DNA of 64,000 nucleotides from Macrostomum hystrix (lineage: Eukaryota > Animalia > Platyhelminthes): assembly GCA_950097015.1 (NCBI GenBank), contig CATNEN010000039.1, positions 5,952,001-6,016,000 of the forward strand, in the 5' to 3' direction. Position numbers and translations under genes: made by a program. The notes under the pieces were generated by a model, which was not told the origin of the DNA, searched no databases, and was given only the letters and a program-made list of their open reading frames with translations. Each line of letters opens with the position of its first letter. Positions within the stretch are counted from its first letter, which is position 1. This document shows positions 56,901 to 64,000 of the stretch, one piece after another.

Positions 56901-59900
56901 TCCATTATCCCCCAAAAATGAATCTGCTATCCTCCATTATCCCCCAAAATAAGCATGTTATTCTCCCTGATCCCCAAAATAAATCTGCTATCCTCCCAGA
57001 TCCCCAAAATGAATCTGCTATTCTCCCAGATCCCAAAAATGAATCTGCTATTCTCCCAGATCCCAAAATGAATCTGCTATCCTCCATTATCCCCCATAAG
57101 GAGCATGTTATTCTCCCTGATCCCCACAATGAATCTGCTATCCTCCATTATCCCCCATAATGAGCATGTTATTCTCCCTGATCCCCACAAGAATCTGCTA
57201 TCCTCCATTATCCCCCAAAATGAGCATGTTATTCTCCCTGATCCCCAAAATGAATCTGCTATCCTCCCAGATCCTCAATGGATCCGCTATCCTCTCAGAT
57301 CCCCACAATGAACCAGCTTTCTTCCCTGCAGACCCCTAAAATGAATCTGCCATCCTCCCAGATCCGCACAGGGAGGATCTGTCCTCGCGAAGTAATGCCT
57401 AAGCTTAAATCCTAGCAATGTTTGAATTGTTTCTTTTCCAGATTGCTGAACCCTGTCTGCAGCTCTTCCTGCAGCTCCTGCGACCTTCGGCAGCTTCGGC
57501 TTCGGCTTCATCATCGGCCGCCTCTGCAGCCGCTGATAGGCGCCAGTTATTGGCATTGAAGTACGCCGACAGGTGGCTCGGCCCGTTGCGCCGGCAGCGG
57601 CACAGGCTGAAGTCACCGGCCAAGCCCGACGCTGCCTGGATTGGCCGGACAGTTTTCGCCAGCTCGGCCACCCTGCGTCAGGCCACCTGCGACCTGCTGG
57701 AGACGCTAACTTCCGGCGACGAGAATTTCCGGATGCTCCGCCTGCTGCTCGGCGTCCTGCCCGGCTTGTCGGCTGCGCAGGAGCGCGGACAGGTGAGGCC
57801 TGTCTTGCTCTCTCTGCGTCTGTCTTGCTCTCCCTACATCTGTACTGCTCTCCCTGCATCTGTACTGCTCTCCCTACATCTGTCTTGCTCTCCCTGCATC
57901 TGTCTTGCTCTCCCTGCATCTGTCTTGCTCTCCCTACATCTGTCTTGCTCTCCCTGCATCTGTACTGCTCTCCCTACATCTGTACTGCTCTCCCTACATC
58001 TGTACTGCTCTCCCTACATCTGTCTTGCTCTCCCTACATCTGTCTTGCTCTCCCTGCATCTGTACTGCTCTCCCTGCATCTGTACTTCTCTCCCTACATC
58101 TGTACTGCTCTCCCTACATCTGTCTTGCTCTCTCTACATCTGTACTGCTCTTCCTACATCTGTACTGCTCTCCCTACATCTGTACTGCTCTCCATACATC
58201 TGTACTGCTTTCCCTACATCTGTCTTGCTCTCCCTTCATCTGTCTTGCTCTCCCTGCATCTGTACTGCTCTCCCTACATCTGTCTTGCTCTCCCTGCATC
58301 TGTACTGCTCTCCCTACATCTGTCTTGCTCTCCCTACATCTGTACTGCTCTTCCTACATCTGTCTTGCTCTCCCTGCATCTGTACTGCTCTCCCTACATC
58401 TGTACTGCTCTCCATACATCTGTACTGCTCTCCCTACATCTGTCTTGCTCTCCCTTCATCTGTCTTGCTCTCCCTGCATCTGTACTGCTCTCCCTACATC
58501 TGTCTTGCTCTCCCTGCATCTGTTTTGCTCTCCCTGCATCTGTACTGCTCTCCCTACATCTGTACTGCTCTCCCTACATCTGTCTTGCTTTCCCTACATC
58601 TGTCTTGCTTTCCCTACATCTGTCTTGCTCTCCCTACATCTGTCTTGCTCTCCCTACATCTGTCTTGCTTTCCCTGCATCTGTCTTGCTTTCCCTGCATC
58701 TGTACTGCTCTCCCTGCATCTGTCTTGCTCTCCCTGCATCTGTCTTGCTCTCCCTGCATCTGTCTTGCTCTCCCTACATCTGTCTTGCTCTCCCTGCATC
58801 TGTCTTCCTCTCCCTACTTCCCCATCACCTGTATGCGATTGCGCCCCTCAAGAGAGGCTAATTTCGTATCCCTTACCGCTGCCGCAGGAGCTGCTGTTGT
58901 TGTCGCTGCGACTGCTCCGTCGCCGGCCTTACGCTCTGCACGCTGCCGTGTCCGGCCTACTGGACCGTCTGAGCGGCCTTATCACCAGTGAGCTGTCCGA
59001 GCTGGCCCAGCAGGAGGCCGCCCTCAGCCTGCGCTCCGATCTGAGCCTGGGCTTCGCTCTCAAAGCCTATGTTGAGCTGGTCCTGGCCCTACTAGAGCAG
59101 CCCGAGATTAAACGGCGCTACAGGGAGACGCTGGTCACAATGGCTCTGGATGGCTATGTGTCATTGAAGCGACTGGTCATGCAGCGCAGCAAGCTCATTG
59201 AAGAGTGCCAGGAACGCCTGCTCAGCCTGCTAGAGGAGCTGACCTCCGCTACTGACGAGGACAGGCGGCTGTTTATTAGGATCTGCTTCGACTCAGTGCG
59301 CCGCTGCCCGGCCACGGACTATCATTCGCCAGCGTTCATTCTTGACCGTGTCTGCAATTTGGTCACTCCGCACAAGCAGGAGGTTAGTGGCCGATCGTCT
59401 GTTCAGAATTCATGTCTTTGCGAATGTGTGTCTGTCTGTTTACGAAGCCTGGTTATATATTTCATGGTTTCTGTATGCCTGTTTTGGGTTTCTGTATGCC
59501 TGTTTTGGGTTTCTGTATGCATGTTTTGGGTTTCTGTATGCCTGTTTTGGGTTTCTGTATGCCTGTTTTGGGTTTCTGTATGCATGTTTAGGGTTTCTGT
59601 ATGCCTGTTTTGGGTTTCTGTAGGCCTGTTTTGGGTTTCTGTATGCCTGTTTTGGGTTTCTGTAAGACTGTTTAAGGTTTTTTGTATCTCTAATTAGGAT
59701 GTGTGTTCAAGTTGGTCTCTATGTCTGTCGTGTCCGATAAATGTGCTGATACATTTAAGCAGGCCATGCAGCCTTTCAACCTATCAGATTTTTCTTAGTA
59801 ACCTGGGATTATCACAATAACTCATTCCCTCCTATTCAGCTGCCCGAGTTCTTCCTCATCCTGGAGAAGGACCCGAGCCAGGAGGAGTTCCTGCACGGCC

Positions 59901-62900
59901 GCATTCAGGGCAGCTCGTTCAGCTCGCGCGATCCTCAGGTGGGACCCCTGATGCGCAATGTCAAGGCTAAGATCTGCAAGGACACGGATATGGTTTCCCT
60001 TGCCGACGACGATACCGCGATGGAGCTTCTGGTTGACAACAAGATCATCAGCTTGGACCTGCCTGTGGCCATGGTCTACAAAAAGGTGAGCAGAGACTGT
60101 GCCCCGGTCTAGGGCTCTTGAAATAGAAAGCGACAATGGGAATTTAGAGTAAAGCGACAATTGCGGAGAGTAGGAGTGCGGAGGCCAGACGATAAGAGAT
60201 GGGAGAATAGTGGGGATGGTGGGAGAATAGGGGAGAGGATGGGAGAATAGTAGAGAGAATTGGAGAATATTTGAGAGGATGGGAGAATAGTGGAGATGGT
60301 GGGAGAATAGTGGAGAGGATCGGAGAATAAAGGAGAGGATGGGAGGGGACAGGATGAGAGAGTAGTGGAGAGGATGGGAGAATAGTGGAGAGGATGGGAG
60401 AATGAAAGAGGGATAGAGGAAGGGATAAAGAAGCGGAAAAAACGGAAGAGTTAAAGAGTACTCAAATGAGCACAGGTGCGGATTTCCTTATGCTTCAAAG
60501 ATCGCGGCACAATTTTCAATCCGCAGGTGTGGGCCGTCAAGTACTCGGAGGGCGAGCCGATGCGCATTGTGTTCCGCATTCGCGGTCTCTCCGGCGACGC
60601 CACCGAGGATCTAATTGAATCATTCGAAGCCGAAGCCGAATCAGACGAAGAGGAGACCTACCGCATGACGGAGGTGGTCGGCGCCTGCGGCGGCCTGGCC
60701 GTTCTCCTCCGCCGATTGGACGCTGTGCCTAGCCGGGACCTGGCTAGGGCTAAGCCTCTGATTAGCTCCGGCCTAAACCTGCTGGAGCTCTGCCTGAAGG
60801 TTTCCAGCAATAGACAGGTGCTGCTAGATCCTGGCCTGTCAGCTATGCCGGTGCTGCTGAAGACGCTCAACACGGTGATGTCAGGCGAGATGGGCTTCGC
60901 CCTGAGTCCCCAGGTGTTGGCCATCATGGAACGGGTGCTGTGCGAGGCCGATCAGGCTAGCGTGAGCGTCAGCGAGGTGAGTCTACTCTTATTTTTATAT
61001 AATAATAATGATGATGGCAGTAGCACACATGAGTTGGACTCCTGAGCACACAAGCACACAAATACTGTACACAGGCACACGCTCACACAGGTGTGTACAT
61101 CTGCCCTGACTTTCTCATCGTCAGGCAGTGTACACTTTCACATTGCCTTGGAGGTTGGCCCTTAAGGGCGTAAATTGCACGACAAGCCCCCAAGCCTTCT
61201 CTCCGCGGCTGCGCCCCAATTTAAACTGGCCTCGACGCGGAATCGAGCTCAGGGACATTTGCGTGAGAGGCAAACCGGTTAACCACTCAACCACGGACCC
61301 CCCTACTCTTATTCTTCTTATTCAAATAACAAAAAATCGAGGTTAATGAGGCTTAATTCGTTCACTTTAGGGAGGGAGGGAGGGTGTAGTCCAGTGCTTA
61401 GAGAGATCAGGCGTTCGAATCTCTACCCTAAAATTGTCTTCTTCCTCGATCAAGACACTCGCTTATTTGATGGCGGTCATATTGCAAGAGTCATAATGAG
61501 CGAATGAAGCAGTCATATTGCAAGAGTCATCATGAGCAAATGGAGCAGTCATATTGCAAGAGTCATCATGAGCAAATGGAGCAGTCATAAAATAGCCTCG
61601 TATGAGCCATAGAAATTTGCTGAGTATGAGATGTATGCTATTTCGTCACGTGTGTTCAGTAATCTATTTGACTATTTTCGTTAACTCGCAGGCCTTCGCT
61701 AGGCAGACGGGTGACGCCGACCAGCTGCTGCTGCTGCTCAGGCGCCTGGACTCATCATTCTCAGCTAGCCACCGTGAGCTCAGCCACGGCCTAGTCCGCC
61801 TGCTCCCCTCCCTGGCGTTCGGTGACGATCGCAAGATGAGCACACTAATTGAGTACTTCTCACCTTATCTGAACTTTCCGGCATTCGATCGGGCTCGCAG
61901 CGCCGACGACCAGCTCTACCTGGAGTACTTCTGCAGCATCGCCGAGAGCACCCAGACTGGCTCCAACGGCCGCAAGCTGCGCGACCTCATGCTACAGCGG
62001 GGCATTGTTACCGCCTGTGCCAAGCATCTGCTCAGCCTGGCGCCTGAGTCGCTAGCCGGCCCGCCGTCAGCGTCAGAATCCGCCGCGCCAGCTCGACTAA
62101 TTGTTAGCGGCGCCGACTGGGCGCGCCTGCTTGGCGCCGCTTCTGTGCGCTACATTCTGCGCCTTCTGATTGGCTGTTGCACAGACCACGCCGCCTCCTG
62201 CCAGCTGGTTGCCAAGGAGTGCGTGCCGCTGCTGCACGGATTGGAGCAGGTATTGGAGCTTCGTCAGTTCAGTTCCTTCAGAACCTCTTCTTAGTCCTTC
62301 AGGTCGATCTATTCAGGTCCTTCAGCTCGATCTCATCAGGTCTTTGAGACCAAACACTTTAGGTCCTTCAGATCCTTCAGGCCGATCTCTTCAGGTCCTT
62401 CAGATCCTTCAGGCCGATTTATTCAGATCCTTCAGACCTATCTCTTCAGGTCTTTCTGGCCGATCTCTTCAGGTCCTCCAGCCGATTTATGAATTTCATT
62501 CAGAGCCTCTAATGAGATTGCTTCAGGTCATTTCAGTACTTCCTTACTAATTCCCCAGCAATTCATTGTTTCCTTTTTTCCCTGAATACCTGCGCAGGTG
62601 AGCAGCACTGAGCAGCTGGGCCCGCTAGCTGAGTCCCTGCTGGACACCCTGCGCTCGGCCTCGCCGGAGGCGTCCGCCATGATTGAAACCACCAGGCGAC
62701 GAACTCGCGAAGAGAAAAAGCGCCTAGCAATGGCCCAGCGGCAGAAAGCGCTGGAGACTCTGAAAATGTCCACCAACAGCAAGGGTCAGGTGCGCGCCTT
62801 CATTGGCGCTGTTGGCACCCTGGCCGAGGATGTCAAAGAGGAGACCGGCCTGATCTGCTGCATCTGTCGCGAGGGCTACCGTCACCAGCCTGTCAAGGTG

Positions 62901-64000
62901 CTAGGCATCTACACCTTCAGCAGGTAAGGCTGTGCATTGCTCTGGGGTGACTCATCTAACTTATTGGTCGGCTTCGGCTGAGCCAAAAAGTTTTGGTAAG
63001 ATGTCGATTCAATTAGATTTTTAGTCTGTCTGTCTCTCTGTCTGTTCTCAAATCATTCGCAAATGACTAAAAACGAATCTCCTACACCACAGGCGCACCG
63101 AACTCGAAGAGTTGGAAGCCCGGCAGCGCAAAACCCTCGGCATCAGCACCGTGACAGCCTTCACCGTCATTCACGTCGAATGCCACGTTAGCGCCGTCAA
63201 GCACAGCCGAGAGCGCGGCGAATGGGACAGCGCCTTCCTGCACAACGGCAACGTCCGCTGCAACGGCCTGCTGCCGCTCTACGGGCCCGCCGTGCAGGCT
63301 CTTGGCTTTGCCAGCTGCCTCAGCCGTCATCACTCCTGCCTGCAGGTGAGACCGCCGCCATAAATTAGGAGCCAAAGCTGCCTTGGGTCACCTGACATCC
63401 CATTCTCAATCACTGACACATCCTCATACTCAAATCCTCTACTCACTCACCTGTCACACCGTATTGAAATCCCATTGTACTCTGCGACCCTTTCCAGGAG
63501 GCTACTCAGCTGCGCGAGATCAACTATCACGTGTACGCTCACGACCTCAAACTGCTGTTGTTGCGTTTCGCTCGCGAGCGCTCATTCTCAGACGAGACAC
63601 TCGGCGGCGGCAGGCAGAGCAATGCCCAGCTGCTGCCCTACCTGTTACACCTGGGCTTGCACCTGTTCAGCGCCAAGGACGGCGAAGCCAAGGAAGAACC
63701 AATGCAGCGTCAGTACCTGGAGGCTCAGCCGCGCTCCTGGTTAGAGGCCAGCTGGACATTGGACGGGCCCTACTATCGGTGCACTATGAGCTTCTTCCTG
63801 CACGGCCCGCGCCAGTGGGCCTCTCATCGGCTGCGACACCTTCGCCGACTGCTCTACCACGCCCACGCGGCGGCCACGACGCCCTTCGGTTCCGTCACCC
63901 TGGCTTCCGCTGAGCCGCGCGTCGGAGCCGGCGACTATCGCAGTGTGTACAAGCCGGCCCTGATGTTCTTCGGCCTGGTGGATTGCTACTACAGAACTCT
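35982..64000 (+). CDS. UBR4: E3 ubiquitin ligase UBR4 (p600/Pushover/BIG), 3'-incomplete. Exons: 35982-36079, 36925-37013, 37093-37181, 37281-40388, 40865-42359, 42763-43664, 44139-44501, 45132-45608, 46157-46762, 47105-48019, 48137-49111, 49201-50111, 50211-51627, 51822-52303, 53743-53998, 55581-55967, 56397-56777, 57442-57792, 58888-59382, 59840-60085, 60527-60976, 61692-62249, 62598-62923, 63093-63345, 63498->64000
   Basis: UBR box LCTYT...QHWYNCHTC...[14 protein letters not shown]...FFCDCG. Beta-propeller region with PQYYFL, then DFFENC and [18 protein letters not shown] motif, [59 protein letters not shown] and [17 protein letters not shown]. hemiRING CCICREG...HVECH...CNGLLP and GGGRQSN. 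Junctions are GT-AG and phase-consistent; the first three exons are less certain. Confidence 0.95.
40503..40790. repeat. 20-bp minisatellite (CGACTCAAACACTACTCTAT)n in UBR4 intron 4
   Basis: Visible tandem repeat, related to the array at 43880-44112. Confidence 0.9.
43880..44112. repeat. 20-bp minisatellite (ACTCAAACGCTTATCCAACT)n in UBR4 intron 6
   Basis: Visible tandem repeat ending just upstream of the acceptor at 44138. Confidence 0.9.
44683..44997 (+). mobile_element. SINE family 2 copy in UBR4 intron 7
   Basis: TGGCTGAGCAA...GAGCTCGATTCCGCGGCGAGGCCAC...GGGGCGCAGCCGCGGAGAGAAGG, followed by an AT-rich tail. Confidence 0.8.
45665..46062. repeat. Two related 32-33-bp minisatellite blocks sharing TCTGTCAGCTGTT, in UBR4 intron 8
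   Basis: Visible tandem repeats with a unit switch near 45810. Confidence 0.9.
52322..53572. repeat. 20-bp minisatellite (CCTCCCATCTCCCCTAGCTC)n, ~62 copies, in UBR4 intron 14
   Basis: Visible, near-homogeneous, polypyrimidine-rich tandem repeat. Confidence 0.97.
54050..55352. repeat. 30-bp minisatellite (GGGGATCTTGG(C/A)GGATAGCA(TGCTA/GATTC)ATT(A/G)T)n, ~43 copies, in UBR4 intron 15
   Basis: Visible tandem repeat; source of the spurious 426- and 430-aa ORFs. Confidence 0.97.
56045..56252. repeat. 22-bp purine-rich minisatellite (AGACAGGTAGGTAGGCAGAGGG)n in UBR4 intron 16
   Basis: Visible tandem repeat. Confidence 0.88.
56795..57368. repeat. ~30-bp minisatellite (AATGAATCTGCTATCCTCCCAGATCCCCAA)n in UBR4 intron 17; reverse complement of the intron-15 unit
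   Basis: The reverse complement of GGGGATCTTGGAGGATAGCAGATTCATTGT is ACAATGAATCTGCTATCCTCCAAGATCCCC, which matches these units. Confidence 0.93.
57800..58818. repeat. 20-bp minisatellite (TGT(CT/AC)TGCTCTCCCT(A/G)CATC)n, ~51 copies, in UBR4 intron 18
   Basis: Visible tandem repeat beginning about 8 nt after the donor. Confidence 0.97.
59465..59670. repeat. 21-bp minisatellite (GGGTTTCTGTATGCCTGTTTT)n in UBR4 intron 19
   Basis: Visible tandem repeat. Confidence 0.92.
60197..60425. repeat. ~20-bp purine-rich minisatellite (GGATGGGAGAATAGTGGAGA)n in UBR4 intron 20
   Basis: Visible degenerate tandem repeat. Confidence 0.85.
61035..61303 (-). mobile_element. SINE family 2 copy in UBR4 intron 21
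   Basis: Near-identical core to 1960-2175 (CACACAGGTGTGTACATCTGCCCTGACTTTCTCATCGTCAGGCAGTGTACAC...). Minus-strand head GGGGGTCCGTGGTTGAGTGG...GAGCTCGATTCC. Confidence 0.85.

Noticed and set aside
57573-58991. Cys/Leu-rich ORFs in alternative frames
   Set aside because: A 20-bp stop-free repeat is open in all sense frames; not independent genes.
61383-61460. tRNA gene
   Set aside because: Has A/B-box-like bits (GTAGTCCAGTG, GTTCGAATC) but is too short and lacks a cloverleaf; more likely a decayed SINE head. The same applies to the SINE heads near 1073, 2229, 44690 and 61303.

Overview
Eukaryotic (metazoan) genomic DNA, not prokaryotic: GC-rich exons, GT-AG introns mostly filled with intron-specific minisatellites, and AT-rich intergenic DNA with SINEs, MITEs and decayed transposons. 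The style suggests the flatworm Macrostomum, but that is an unverified inference. Six spliced genes were reconstructed by hand with phase-consistent junctions. On the minus strand: an AFG1-like mitochondrial ATPase (AFG1L/LACE1), a UQCC1/Cbp3 complex III chaperone and a dienelactone-hydrolase (CMBL-like) gene. On the plus strand: ATP-dependent 6-phosphofructokinase, a myeloid leukemia factor (MLF) gene, and a ~28 kb UBR4/p600 E3 ligase gene that runs off the right edge. Mobile elements are a truncated Ty3/Gypsy pol, a complete-ended but decayed CACTA/EnSpm-type element (CCC termini, 2-bp TSD), two tRNA-headed SINE families, and MITEs with 8- and 9-bp TSDs. The most notable observations are: (1) a reverse-complementary minisatellite pair in UBR4 introns 15 and 17 bracketing two phase-0 exons, a candidate repeat-driven circRNA/skipping module; (2) intronic repeat units that resemble splice signals; (3) a probable AFG1L-UQCC1 operon resolved by trans-splicing; (4) a 1095-nt stop-free in-frame UBR4 intron.
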